Positions 26,168 through 40,678 of a stretch of 64,000 nucleotides of DNA are shown piece after piece. Numbering within the stretch: position 1 is the stretch's first letter; the number at the start of each line of letters is the position of its first letter. The stretch is taken from contig OZ024760.1 of assembly GCA_964016885.1 (NCBI GenBank), forward strand, positions 248,001 to 312,000. The letters are read 5' to 3'. The notes beneath the pieces were generated by a model that was not told the origin of the DNA, ran no database searches, and saw nothing but the letters and a program-made list of their open reading frames with translations. The translations under genes and the position numbers were made by a program. The stretch comes from Eledone cirrhosa. Lineage: Eukaryota.

Positions 26168-29100
26168 CCACTACTGATAGCTGGCTCTGGAGCTATACCA
26201 CTGGTGGTGTCACCTCTACCACTGCTGTACTACCACTTCTACCACTACTGATAGCTGGCTCTGGAGCTATACCACTGGTGGTGTCACCTCTACAACTGCT
26301 GTACTACCACCTCTACCACTACTACCACTGCTGTACTACCACCTCTACCACTACTGATAGCTGGCTCTGGAGCTGTACCACTGGTGGTGTCACCTCTACC
26401 ACTGCTGTACTACCACCTCTACCACTACTACCACTGCTGTACTACCACCTCTACCACTACTGATAGCTGGCTCTGGAGCTATACCACTGGTGGTGTCACC
26501 TCTACCACTGCTGTACTACCACCTCTACCACTACTACCACTGCTGTACTAACACCTCTACCACTACTGATAGCTGGCTCTGGAGCTATATACCACTGGTG
26601 GTGTCACCTCTACCACTGCTGTACTACCACCTCTACCACTACTACCACTGCTGTACTACCACCTCTACCACTACTACCACTGCTGTACTACCACCTCTAC
26701 CACTACTGATAGCTGGCTCTGGAGCTGTACCACTGGTGGTGTCACCTCTACCACTGCTGTACTACCACCTCTACCACTACTGATAGCTGGCTCTGGAGCT
26801 GTACCACTGGTGGTGTCACCTCTACCACTGCTGTACTACCACCTCTACCACTACTGATAGCTGGCTCTGGAGTTGTACCAGTGGTGGTGTCACCTCTACC
26901 ACTGCTGTACTACCACCTCTACCACTACTACCACTGCTGTACTACCACCTCTACCACTACTACCACTGCTGTACTACCACCTCTACCACTACTACCACTG
27001 CTGTACTACCATCTCTACCACTACTACCACTGCTGTACTACCACCTCTACCACTACTGATAGCTGGCTCTGGAGCTGTACCACTGGTGGTGTCACCTCTA
27101 CCACTGCTGTACTACCACCTCTACCACTGCTGTACTACCACCTCTACCACTACTGATAGCTGGCTCTGGAGCTGTACCACTGGTGGTGTCACCTCTACCA
27201 CTGCTGTACTACCACCTCTACCACTACTGATAGCTGGCTCTGGAGCTGTACCACTGGTGGTGTCACCACTACCACTGCTGTACTACCACCTCTACCACTG
27301 CTGTACTACCACTTCTACCACTGGTGTACTACCACCTCTACCAGTACTGATAGCTGGCTCTGGAGCTGTACCACTGGTGGTGTCACCGCTACTGTACTAC
27401 CACCTCCACTACCACTGGTGTACTACCACCTCCACCACCACTACCACTGCTGTACTACCACCTCCACTACCACTACCGCTGCTGTACTACCACCTCTACC
27501 ACCTCTACCACTGCTGTACTACCACCTCTACCACCACTACCACTGCTGTACTACCACCTCCACCACCACTACCACTGCTGTACTACCACCTCCACCACCA
27601 CTACCACTGCTGTACTACCACCTCCACCACCACTAGCACTGCTGTACTAACACCTCCAACACCACTAGCACTGCTGTACTACCACCTCCACCACCACTAC
27701 AACTGCTGTACTACCACCTCCACCACCACTACCACTGGTATACTACCACCTCTACCACTACTGATAGCTGTCTATGGAGTTGTACCATTATTGGTGTCAC
27801 CACTACCACTGCTGTACTACCACCTCCACTACCACTACCACTGCTGTACTACCACCACTACCACTGCTGTACTACCACCTCCACCACCACTACCACTGGT
27901 GTACTACCACCTCTACCACTACTGATAGCTGGCTATGGAGTTGTACCATTGTTGGTGTCACCACTACCACTGCCGTACTACCACCTCCACCACCACTACC
28001 ACTGCTGTACTACCACCTCCACCACCACTACCACTACTGTACTACCACCTCCACCACCACTACCACTGCTGTACTACCACCACCACTACCACTGCTGTAC
28101 TACCACCTCCACCACCACTACCACTGCTGTTATACCACCTCCACCACCACTACCACTGCTTACTACCACCTCCACCACCACTACCACTGCTGTACTACCA
28201 CCTCCAGCACCACTACCACTGCTGTACTACCACCTCCACTACCACTGGTATACTTCCACCTCTACCACTACTGATAGCTGGCTCTGGAGTTGTACCATTG
28301 TTGGTGTCACCACTACCACTGCTGTACTACCACCACCACCACCACCACTACCACTGCTGTACTACCGCCTACACCACCACTACCACTGCTGTACTACCAC
28401 CTCTACCACTACTGATAGCTGGCTATGGAGTTGTACCATTGTTGGTGTCACCACTACCACTGCTGTACTACCACCTCCACCACCACTACCACTGCTGTAC
28501 TACCACCTCCACCACCACTATCAGTGGTGTACTACCACCTCCACCACCTCTACCACTGCTGTACTACCACCTCCACCACCACTACCACTGGTATACTACC
28601 ACCTCTACGACTACTGATAGCTGGCTATCGAGTTGTACCATTGTTGGTGTCACCACTACCACTTCTGTACTACCACCACCACCTCCACTACCACTTCTGT
28701 ACTACCACCACCACCACCACTACCACTGCTGTACTACCACCTCCACCACCACTATCAGTGGTGTACTACCACCTCCACCACCTCTACCACTGCTGTACTA
28801 CCACCTCCACCACCACTACCACTGGTATACTACCACCTCTACCACTACTGATAGCTGGCTATGGAGTTGTACCATTGTTGGTGTCACCACTACCACTGCT
28901 GTACTACCACCTCCACCACAACTACCACTGCTGTACTACCACCTCCACTACCATTGCTGTACCACCACCTCTACCACTACTGATAGCTGGCTATGGAGCT
29001 GTACCATTGTTGGTGTCACCACTACCACTGCTGTACTACCACCTCCACCACTACCACTGCTGTACTACCACCTCCACCACCACTACCACTACTTACTACC

Positions 29101-31200
29101 ACCTCCACCACCACTACCACTGCTGTACTACCACCTCCACCACCACTACCACTGCTGTACTACCACCTCCACTACCACTGCTGTACTACCACCTCTACCA
29201 CTACTGATAGCTGGCTATGGAGTTGTAGCATTGTTGGTGTCACCACTACCACTGCTGTACTACCACCTCCACCACCACTACCACTGCTGTACTACCACCT
29301 CCACAACCACTGGTATACTACCACCTCTACCACTGCTGTACTACCACCTCCACCACCACTACCACTGCTGTACTACCACCTCCACCACCACTACCACTGC
29401 TGTACTACCACCTCCACCACCACTACCACTGCTGTACTACCACCTCCACTACCACTGGTATACTACCACCACTACCACTGCTGTACTACCACCTCCACCA
29501 CCACTACCACTGCTGTACTACCACCTCCACCACCACTACCACTGCTGTACTATCACCTCCACCACCACTACCACTGCTGTACTACCACCTCCACCACCAC
29601 TACCACTGCAGTACTTCCACCTCCACCACCACTACCACTGGTGTACTACCACCTCTACCACTACTGATAGCTGGCTATGGAGTTGTACCATTGTTGGTGT
29701 CACCACTACCACTGCTGTACTACCACCAGCACCACCACCACTACCACTGCTGTACTACCACCTCCACCACCACTACCACTGGTGTACTATCACCTCCACT
29801 ACCACTGCTGTACTACCACCTCTACCACTACTGATAGCTGTCTATGGAGCTGTACCATTGTTGGTGTCACCACTACCACTGCTGTACTACCACCTTCACC
29901 ACCACTACCACTGCTGTACTACCACCTCCACCACCACTACCACTGCTGTACTACCACCTCCACCACCAATACCACTGCTGTACTACCACCTCCACCACCA
30001 CTACCACTGCTGTACTACCAACTCCACTACCACTGGTATACTACCACCTCTACCACTACTGATAGCTGGCTCTGGAGCTGTACAATTGTTGGTGTCACTA
30101 CTACCACTGCTGTACTACCACCTCCACCACCACTACCACTGCCGTACTACCACCTCCACCACCACTACCACTGCTGTACTACCACCTCCACCACCACCAC
30201 CACTGCTGTACTACCACCTCTACCACCACTACCACTGCTGTACTACCACCTCCACCACCACTACCACTGCTGTACTACCACCACCACCACCACCACCACT
30301 GCTGTACTACCACCTCTACCACCACTACCACTGCTGTACTACCACCTCCACCACCACTACCACTGCTGTACTACCACCTCCACCACTACTGATAGCTGGC
30401 TCTGGAGCTGTACCATTGTTGGTGTCACCACTACCACTGCTGTACTACCACCTCCACCACCACTACCACTGCTGTACTACCACCTCCACCACCACTACCA
30501 CTACTGTACTACCACCTCCACCACCACTACCACTGCTGTACTACCACCTCCACCACCACTACCACTGCTGTACTACCACCTCCACCACCACTACCACTAC
30601 TGTACTACCACCTCCACCTCCACTACCACTACTGTACTACCACCTCCACCACCACTACCACTGCTGTACTACCACCTCCACCACCACTACCACTGCTGTA
30701 CTACCACCTCCACCACCACTACCACTTCTGTACTACCACCTCCACTACCACTGGTATACTACCACCTCTACCACTGCTGTACTACCACCTCCACCACCAC
30801 TACCACTGCTGTACTACCACCTCCACCACCACTACCACTGCCGTACTACCACCTCCACTACCACTACCACTGCTGTACTACCACTTCCACCACCACTACC
30901 ACTGGTATACTACCACCTCTACCACTACTGATAGCTTGCTATGGAGCTGTACCATTGTTGGTGTCACCACTACCACTGCCGTACTACCACCTCCACCACC
31001 ACTACCACTACTGTACTACCACCTCCTCCACCACTACCACTGCTTTACTACCACCTCCACCACCACTACCACTGCTGTACTACCACCTCCACTACCACTG
31101 GTGTACTACCACCTCTACCACTACTGATAGCTGGCTATGGAGTTGTACCATTGTTGGTGTCACCACTACCACTGCTGTACTACTACCACGACCACTGGTA
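26168..31200. repeat. Compound CCA/CTA minisatellite with anchor ACTGATAGCTGGCTCTGGAGCTGTACCACTGGTGGTGTCACC
   Basis: The anchor recurs with variable numbers of ACCACTGCTGTACTACCACCTC subunits. Confidence 0.92.
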
Positions 31201-32815
31201 TACTACCACCACCACGACCACTGGTATACTACTACCATCACCACCACTGGTAATACTACCACCTCCACCAGCATCACCACAGGCGACACCACCACCATTT
31301 GCAATACCGCTGGCGGCACTACCACCACCACCATTGGCAATACTACCACCTGCACCACCGCAACCACTTGCAATACCACTGGAGACACCACCACCACCAC
31401 CACCATACCCATTACCAACACAGCTACCATCCTCACCAATACCACCGTCCACACCCACCATCAACACTATCTCTTTCACTACTTACACCTCATTACCACC
31501 ACTACGAACACCCCTACCACCACCTCCACCAACACCCCTACCACCACCACTACCAACACCCCTACCACCACCACCAACAACACCCCTACCACCATCACCA
31601 TCAACACCACTACCACCACCGTCACCACCAATACCCCCCCCACCCCTACCACCACCAGCACCACCAACACCCCTACCACTACCACCATCAACACCACTAC
31701 CACCACCACCACAACCAAATTCCACCACCACCACCACCACCACCACCACCACCACCATCACCATCACCACCACTACCAAACTCCACCACCACTACCAAAC
31801 TTCACCACCACCATCATAACTACCATACTCCACCACCACCACCATCACCACTACCAAACTCCACCACCACCACCACCACCATCACCACTATCAAACTCCA
31901 CCACCAACACCACCACCTCCACCACCACCACCACCACCATTACCCCTACCAAACTCCACCACCATCACCTCATTATCAACAACACCAACACCACTACCGC
32001 CACTACCGCCAAAGCCACCTCATTATCCACGCCACTACCGCCACTACCTTCATCACCATCACATACACCACCAGTGCCATCACCAATCACCATCACTACA
32101 ACCGCCACAACCACCTCATTATCACTACTACCATCACCATCAGAGTGGCCCCTACCACCACCACCACCACCATCACCACCACGACGATCATCACCTCATT
32201 ACCACCCCTACCACTACCACCCTACCATTACCATCATGACTACCACCACCATCAACACAATCACCGCCACCTCATTAGCACCTTTACCCTACCATTATCC
32301 CCACTGCCGCTACCACCTACACCACCACTACCACAACCTCATCACCCCATACCACCACAAACACCACCACCGCTGCCGCCACCACCACGCCACCTCTACC
32401 CCACCCATACATAACCACCACACCACCTCCACTACCACACTTCCACTACAACCACCTCCACTACCACAACCACTACTACCACCACCACCACTAGCCCCCA
32501 CACTACCACCACCACCACTACCCACCACACTACCACCACCGCCACCACCACCACCACTACCACCACCACTACCCTCACTACCACAACCACCACCACTATC
32601 CTCACTACCACCACCACTACCACAACCACCAATACCATCACCACCACCACCACCACCACCACCACTACCACCACCACTACCCTCACTACCACAACCACCA
32701 CCACTACCCTCACTACCACCACCACTATCCTCACTACCACCACCACTACCACAACCACCAATACCATCACCACCACTACCACCACCACTACCACCACAAC
32801 TACCACCACCACAGA
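31200..32815. repeat. Degenerate (CCA)n low-complexity tract
   Basis: Read directly. Confidence 0.9.
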
Positions 32816-32974
32816 ACAAACAGTGGGAAATATTTTCCTTAAGATCTTCAGTCTGCACTAAATTTCAATTTACATACCAACTCCCTTCCCCTCTCTTACG
32901 TCTTAGTTGCTTTTATTTATGTTATTTATTTTATTTATTCTTTTGTTTTAAGCCATCCCTCCCTCTGTTTCCTT

Positions 32975-35900
32975 GTCGGTGTTGTTGTTAGCTTTGTTGT
33001 TGGTGTTGTTGTTGTGGTTGTTAGCTTTGTTGTTGGTGTTGTTGTTGTTGTTAGCTTTGTTGTTGGTGTTGTTGTTGTTAGCTTTGTTGTTGTGGTTGTT
33101 AGCTTTGTTGTTGTTGTTAGCTTTGTTGTTGTTGGTGTTGTTGTTGTTAGCTTTGTTGTTGTTGTGGTTGTTAGCTTTGTTGTTGTTATTGTTGTGGTTG
33201 TTGTTAGCTTTGTTGTTGGTGTTGTTGTTAGCTTTGTTGTTGGTGTTGTTGTTGTGGTTGTTAGCTTTGTTGTTGTTGTTGTGGTTGCTGGCTTTGTTGT
33301 TGGTGTTGGTGTTGTGGTTCTTAGCTTTGTTTTTGGTGTTGTGGTTGTTAGCTTTGTTGTTGGTGTTGTTCTTGTGGTTGTTAGCTTTGTTGTTGGTGTT
33401 GTTGTTGTTGTGGTTGTTAGCTTTGTTGTTGGTGTTGGTGTTGTGGTTGTTAGCTTTGTTGTTGGTGCTGGTGTTGTGGTTGTTAGCTTTGTTGTTGTTG
33501 TGGTTGTTAGCTTTGTGGTTGGTGTTGGTGTTGTGGTTGTTAGCTTTGTTGTTGGTGTTGTTTTTGTGGTTGTTAGCTTTGTTGTTGTTATTGTGGTTGT
33601 TAGCTTTGTTGTTGGTGTTGTTGTTGTGGTTGTTAGCTTTGTTGTTGGTGTTGTTGTTGTTGTGGTTGTTAGCTTTGTTGTTGGTGTTGGTGTTGTGGTT
33701 GTTAGCTTTGTTGTTGGTGTTGGTGTTGTGGTTGTTAGCTTTGTTGTTGGTGCTGGTGTTGTGGTTGTTAGCTTTGTTGTTGTTGTTGTGGTTTGTTAGC
33801 TTTGTTGTTGGTGTTGGTGTTGTGGTTGTTAGCTTTGTTGTTGGTGTTGTTTTTGTGGTTGTTAGCTTTGTTGTTGTTGTTGTGGTTGTTAGCTTTGTTG
33901 TTGGTGTCGTTGTTGTGGTTGTTAGCTTTGTTGTTGTTGTTGTGGTTGTTAGCTTTGTTGTTGGTGTTGTTGTTGTGGTTGTTAGCTTTGTTGTTGGTGT
34001 TGTGGTTGTTAACTTTGTTGTTGGTGTTGGTGTTGTGGTTGTTAGCTTTGTTGTTGTTGTTGTTGTGGTTGTTAGCTTTGTTGTTGGTGTTGTTGTTGTG
34101 ATTGTTAGCTTTATTGTTGGTGTTGTGGTTGTTAGCTTTGTTGTTGGTGTTGTTGTTGTGGTTGTTAGCTTTGTTGTTGGTGTTGTTGTTGTGATTGTTA
34201 GCTTTGTTGTTGGTGTTGTGGTTGTTAGCTTTGTTGTTGTTGTTGTTGTTGGTGTTATTGTTGTTAGCTTTGTTGTTGGTGTCGTTGTTGTTGTTAGCTT
34301 TGTTGTTGGTGTTGGTGGTTGTTAGCTTTGTTGTTGGTGTTGTTGTCGTTGTTGTTAGCTTTGTTGTTGTTGTTGTGGTTGTTAGCTTTGTTGTTGGTGT
34401 TGTTGTGGTTGTTGCTAGCTTTGTTGTTGGTGTTGTTGTTGTGGTTGTTAGCTTTGTTGTTGTTGTGGTTGTTAGCATTTTTGTTGGTGTTGGTGTTGTG
34501 GTTGTTAGCTTTGTTGTTGGTGTTTTTGTTGTTAGCTTTGTTGTTGGTGTTGTTGTTGTGGTTGTTAGCTTTGTTGTTGTTGTTGGTGTTGTGGTTGTTA
34601 GCTTTATTGTTGGTGTTGTTGTTGTGGTTGTTAGCTTTGTTGTTGGTGTTGTTGTTGTTAGCTTTGTTGTTGGTGTTGGTGGTTGTTAGCTTTGTTGTTG
34701 GTGTTGTTGTTGTGGTTCTTAGCTTTGTTGTTGGTGTTGTTGTTGTTAGCTTTGTTGTTGGTGTTGTGGTTGTTAGCTTTGTTGTTGGTGTTGTTGTTGT
34801 TAGCTTTGTTGTTGGTGTTGTGGTTGTTAGCTTTGTTGTTGTTGTTGGTGTTGTGGTTGTTAGCTTTGTTGTTGTTGTTGGTGTTGTTATTGTTAGCTTT
34901 GTTGTTGGTGTTGTGGTTGTTAGCTTTGTTGTTGGTGTTGTTGTTGTTAGCTTTGTTGTTGGTGTTGTTGTTGTGGTTGTTAGCTTTGTTGTTGTTGTTG
35001 GTGTTATTGTTGTTAGCTTTGTTGTTGGTGTTGGTGTTGTGGTTGTTAGCTTTGTTGTTGGTGTTGTTGTTGTTAGCTCTGTTGTTGGTGTTGGTGTTGT
35101 GGTTGTTAGCTTTGTTGTTGGTGTTGTTGTTGTTAGCTCTGTTGTTGGTGTTGGTGTTGTTGTTAGCTTTGTTGTTGGTGTTGGTGTCGTGGTTGTTAGC
35201 TTTGTTGTTGGTGTTGTTGTTGTTAGCTTTGTTGTTGGTGTTGGTGTTGTGGTTGTTAGCTTTGTTGTTGGTGTTGTTGTTGTGGTTGTTAGCTTTGTTG
35301 TTGGTGTTGTTGTTGTTAGCTTTGTTGTTGGTGTTGTTGTTGTTAGCTTTGTTGTTGGTATTGTTGTTGTTAGCTTTGTTGTTGGTGTTGGTGTTGTGGT
35401 TGTTAGCTATGTTGTTGGTGTTGTTGTTGTTAGCTTTGTTGTTGGTGTTGTGGTTGTTAGCTTTGTTGTTGGTGTTGTTGTTGTGGTTGCTAGCTTTGTT
35501 GTTGTTGTTGGTGTTGTTGTTGTTAGCTTTGTTGTTGGTGTTGGTGTTGTGGTTGTTAGCTTTGTTGTTGGTGTTGTTGTTGTGGTTGTTAGCTTTGTTG
35601 TTGTTGTGGTTGTTAGCTTTGTTGTTGGTGTTGGTGTTGTGGTTGTTAGCTTTGTTGTTGTTGTTTGCGTTGTTGTTGTTAGCTTTGTTGTTGGTGTTGG
35701 TGTTGTTGTTGTTAGCTTTGTTGTTGGTGTTGGTGTTGTTAGCTTTGGTGTTGGTGTTGTGGTTGTTAGCTTTGTTGTTGGTGTTGGTGTTGTGGTTGTT
35801 AGCTTTGTTGTTGGTGTTGTTGTTGTTAGCTTTGTTGTTGGTGTTGTTGTGGTTGTTGTTAGCTTTGTTGTTGGTGTTGTTGTGGTTGTTAGCTTTGTTG

Positions 35901-36330
35901 TTGGTGTTGGTTTTGTGGTTGTTAGCTTAGTTGTTGGTGTTATTGTTGTTAGCTTTGTTGTTGGTGTCGTTGTTGTTGTTAGCTTTATTGTTGTTGTTGG
36001 TATTGTTGTTAGCTTTGGTGTTGGTGTTGGTGTTGGTGTTTGTGGTTGTTTTTGGTGTTGTTGTTGGTGGTGTGGTTGTTGGTGTTGTTGTTGGTGTTGT
36101 TTTTGGTGGTGTGGTTGTTGGTGTTGTTGTTGGTAGTGTGGTTGTTGGTGTTGTTGTTGGTGTTGTTGTTGGTGATGTGGTTGTTGGTGTTGTTGTTGGT
36201 GGTGTGGTTGCTGGTGTTGTTTTTTTTATGTTGATGTTGTTGTTCATATTATTGTTATTGTTAATGATTATATTGTTGTTGTTGTTGTTGTTGTTGGTAT
36301 TGATGTGGACCCTACTGTTGAAGTTGTTGT
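32975..36330. repeat. (GTT)n-based minisatellite punctuated by GTTAGCTTT
   Basis: The anchor recurs roughly every 20-40 bp. Confidence 0.93.
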
Positions 36331-36679
36331 TGCTATTGTCGCAGAAGACATGCACATTCCATACACATTTTGACAGTTCTTTTTCCGCTCAACCTCATCT
36401 CCCTGTCCCCCACCCACCATCAGGCTCAACCCCTCACCCAACCCCTCCTACCTGAGTCCACCCACCATCCGGTTCAGCCCCTCCTCCCTGCCACCACCCA
36501 CCATTCCGTTCAATCTCCCCCAAACTCCCTCCCTCACCCCACCCACCAAACCTGCCAAACAATTCCTCGTCCTGTATATAAACAGCCACTAAACAATCTA
36601 CCAAGTATCATCTGTGGAATTCCACCCCAGTCTGGACATCGGCCATTACTTCTTACCAATAAGCCAGCCAAGGGTGGGG

Positions 36680-37432
36680 GAGGGTAAAATCGTTTGAGCG
36701 TCGGACAAAAAATGTTTGGCGTTTTTTGTTTTGACTCTTTACATACCCCGGAGTTCCAATCCCAGGCAGGTCCACCTTTCCATTTCATTATTAGAAAATG
36801 GCAACCAAGTACTGGGGTCAATTTAATCAACTTTCTACTTCTCCTGCCCCCTCAAATTGCTGGCCTTGAGCTTAAAGTAGAATCAATATTCTCAGTAGAG
36901 CGTTACACACCATGATTTGCAGAATAGAGTTACGGCCCTTTACGGTCTGAGTTCAAATCCCGTCGAGGTTAACTTTGCCTTTCATCCTTACGAAGTCGAT
37001 AAAATAAAGTACCAGTAATGTACTGGCGTCTATTTAATTGACTTTCCGCTCCCCTTCAAATTGCTGGCCTTGACCTTAAAGCAGAATCATTTTGGCAGTA
37101 TCGGAAGATGGTCAGACGCCATGGTTTGCAGCATAGAGTTACGACCCTTTACGGTCTGAGTTCAAATACCGTCGAGGTTAACATTGCCTTTCATCCTTTA
37201 GGGGTCGATAAAATAAAGTACCAGTAATGCACTGAGGTAATTGCTGGCCTTGTGCCAAAAGTAGAGATAATAATTATTATTTATTTCACAAGGTCAGTGT
37301 GTTGGCAGTATCGGTAGATTGTCAGACAACATTCTTTGGGGCGTTTAAATCCCACCGAGGTTAGCTGCACCTTTCATCTTTACGGGGTCGATAAAATAAA
37401 GTACCAGTAATGCACTGGTGTGATTTAATAAA
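36680..37432 (+). mobile_element. Tandem cluster of about 4 tRNA-derived SINEs (family 1, octopus-like)
   Basis: Repeated TGGCAGTATCGG, GAGTTCAAATCC (B box), TTTGCCTTTCATCC, GTCGATAAAATAAAGTACCAGT and GCTGGCCTTG. Confidence 0.85.
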
Positions 37433-37469
37433 CATTCGACCAGCCCCTCTCTCTCTATATATATATATA

Positions 37470-37966
37470 TTGGTAAACGGAATAGAAAATGCTGACAAAT
37501 TGTTCACAGTTGAAAAATGGTTTAATTAGGAATAAAAGAGTATTAGTGATTGTATGGGTTAGTATTCAGTTGTGGTTTTAAGTTTTTAAGTTTTTACCGG
37601 TTGCGCATTTCTAAATGCTTTTCAAAAATAATTTTGAGATAGAGTGTCCGTGTTGTTTGCTCTGATCTGATTAGTTTTGGGAATTCTACCTGTTTTTATG
37701 TTAAAAAAGTGGCTCCAGCGTTATTTTTGTGTTGCAAAAATGCTTGTGGTCAAAACAATTTTGATTGGTCGGTAGAGGTCATGTGAATGCAAAAAGTTGA
37801 TTTTGCGCCAAGACTGTTTTTATGTTAAAATGTTAAAAAAGTGGCTCCAGCAAAAATTCTTGGTCAAAACAATTTTGATTGGTCGGTAGAGGTCATGTGG
37901 ATAAAAAATTGGTTTTGCGCCAAGATTGAGAAATGACTCTTTCACAACAAATATGTGTGTATGTGT

Positions 37967-38030
<64 letters not shown>

Positions 38031-39276
38031 AGTAGTAGTAGTAAGGTGTTCGATGCTGCGACAATGGCCAGCAGCGATGTGTGTCAAATGGCTATTAAGA
38101 TAAGTGTGTGTGTGTGTGTGTATATAGCAGAGTCATTCGAAGGTCAAAAGATATTTTTCAGCTTTTGTCTTATACGGAGAAGTGCGTGTGTGTGTGTGTA
38201 TAAGTCTCTTTGTATGTTGATGTATGCGTGTGTATGTGTTTGTGTATATATATATGTGTGTGTGTGTGTGTGTGGGTGGACCAGTATTTTTTTCCCCTGG
38301 TAAAATGGTGTACATTATTCGTTTTTTTCAGTAAAATCGGTTCTCTTAATAGAACATCAAAAATCTTAACAATAAAAGGTGTGAAATGATATTCACTATA
38401 TATATATACACACATACATATATTCACTACATATATATATATATATATATACACATATATACATACATATATATGCACATATATTTTTTTGTATTGCACC
38501 ATAGAGCATGTGTGTTTACGTGTGTCATTGTGTTTATATGTGGGTAGAGATGTGTGCTGATGTAGGTATGTATGTTGACGTGTGTATGTTGTGGGTTCGT
38601 CTTAGGGAGAAGTGTTTAGACGGGGTCCGTATTTGTTAATGAAGTAAGATTCCTTGCTGATGCGCTGGGTGTGGGTGGCATTATCTTTAAATTTGTAGAG
38701 GGGAAAGATTCTGAAGTTGGTATGATTTTGGGCGGCACAGGTATCAATGTGTTCACTCAGTGGTATTTTCCTGTATTCCCGTATTTTAATTTGGGATCTA
38801 TGGACAGTCATGCGTTGGCGGAGGCTGTTTTTGGTCTGGCCTATGTATTGTTCTCGACAACCTGAACAAGTTAATACATATATTAGATTTTCCGATGCAC
38901 ATGTGAAATTGTGTTTTACTATAAAACGTTGTCCATCTTTATGAATATATGTGTATATATATATATATATATATAGTGAATATATGTATGTGTGTATATA
39001 TATATAGTGAATATCATTACACACCTTTTATTGTTAAGATTTTTGATGTTCTATTAAGAGAACCGATTTTACTGAAAAAATCGAATAATGTACACCATTT
39101 TACCAGGGGAAAAAAATACTGGTCCACCCACCCACACACACACACACACACATATATACACAAACACATACACACGCGTACATCAACATACAAAGAGACT
39201 TATACACACACACACACGCACTTCTCCGTATAAGACAAAAGCTGAAAAATATCTTTTGACCTTCGAATGACTCTGC

Positions 39277-39347
<71 letters not shown>

Positions 39348-39418
39348 ATCTTAATACCCATTTGACACACATCGCTGCTGGCCATTGTCGCAGCATCGAA
39401 CACCTTACTACTACTACT

Positions 39419-39478
<60 letters not shown>

Positions 39479-40010
39479 ACACACACACACATATTTGTTG
39501 TGAAACAGTCATTTCTCAATCTTGGCGCAAAACCAATTTTTTATCCACATGACCTCTACCGACCAATCAAAATTGTTTTGACCAAGAATTTTTGCTGGAG
39601 CCACTTTTTTAACATTTTAACATAAAAACAGTCTTGGCGCAAAATCAACTTTTTACATTCACATGACCTCTACCGACCAATCAAAATTGTTTTGACCACA
39701 AGCATTTTTGCAACACAAAAATAACGCTGGAGCCACTTTTTTAACATAAAAACAGGTAGAATTCCCAAAACTAATCAGACCAGAGCAAACAGCACGGACA
39801 CTCTATCTCAAAATTATTTTTGAAAAGCATTTAGAAATGCGCAACCGGTAAAAACTTAAAAACTTAAAACCACAACTGAATACTAACCCATACAATCACT
39901 AATACTCTTTTATTCCTAATTAAACCATTTTTCAACTGTGAACAATTTGTCAGCATTTTCTATTCCGTTTACCAACATATAATAACTTGTGTGTTACACC
40001 TCTATTCTTT

Positions 40011-40015
<5 letters not shown>
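37470..40015. mobile_element. Penelope-like element in inverted configuration: ~1-kb arms (37470-38460 and 38946-39975) around a GIY-YIG fragment
   Basis: The arms are reverse complements (TGGTAAACGGAATAGAAAATG / CATTTTCTATTCCGTTTACCAA). Flanked by (TA)n. Confidence 0.88.
38602..38940 (-). pseudogene. GIY-YIG endonuclease domain of a 5'-truncated Penelope-like element
   Basis: FTCASENLIYVLTCSGCREQYIGQT...RMTVHR...EH...KESYFI...PRLN matches the PLE GIY-YIG pattern. Confidence 0.9.
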
Positions 40016-40027
<12 letters not shown>

Positions 40028-40052
<25 letters not shown>

Positions 40053-40209
40053 CTGATAGTATACAGTTATATAACTGCTATAGATCAGACAATATGTCAA
40101 TATGATCAACCCTCCGAAACGATCATAAAACAATGACATGAATAGGTAAAATAACTTGACTTACTTTGTTGTTTTTATTTTCATTGTTAATTTAAAACCT
40201 TATATACAT

Positions 40210-40256
<47 letters not shown>

Positions 40257-40352
40257 TATATGCGTGTGTGTGTGTGTGTATGTATAAGGTTTTAAATTAA
40301 CAAAGTTATTTTACATATTCATATTATTGTTTTACGATCGTTTTGGAGGGTT
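40028..40352. mobile_element. Inverted pair of Penelope-like tail fragments with an HHR 3' half (GAAACGATCRTA)
   Basis: 40109-40205 is approximately the reverse complement of 40283-40352. GAAACGATCGTA recurs at about 62067. Confidence 0.55.
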
Positions 40353-40364
40353 ATATATATATAT

Positions 40365-40550
40365 AGGAAAAGAGTCAGGACCCCGTTTCGACAGCTAAAT
40401 CCGAACTGTAGTTCGGATTTAGCTGTCGAAACGACCGGTGCTCAGTCTTCGGGGTCCTGAATCTTTTCCTCTTACCCACTTTACCACCCTAAGTATCGAG
40501 TATTCTGGTGCGTTATGGTCTACCTGGTTCCCTACCACACTTTCTTTGTT
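40365..40550 (+). mobile_element. Fold-back mini-element, same family as 54140-54326
   Basis: Palindrome at 40365-40470 centred near 40408, plus a tail AAGTATCGAGTATTCTGGTGCGTTATGGTC. Confidence 0.75.
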
Positions 40551-40554
40551 ATAC

Positions 40555-40661
<107 letters not shown>

Positions 40662-40678
40662 AATATATATATATAAAT

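Noticed and set aside
26873-36455. Very long ORFs (up to 1104 aa) rich in T/P/H/L/V
   Set aside because: They are translations of CCA/GTT repeats open in several frames, with composition switching at unit boundaries and no domain.
36893-37270. tRNA genes
   Set aside because: The A/B boxes belong to SINE heads and no cloverleaf is evident.
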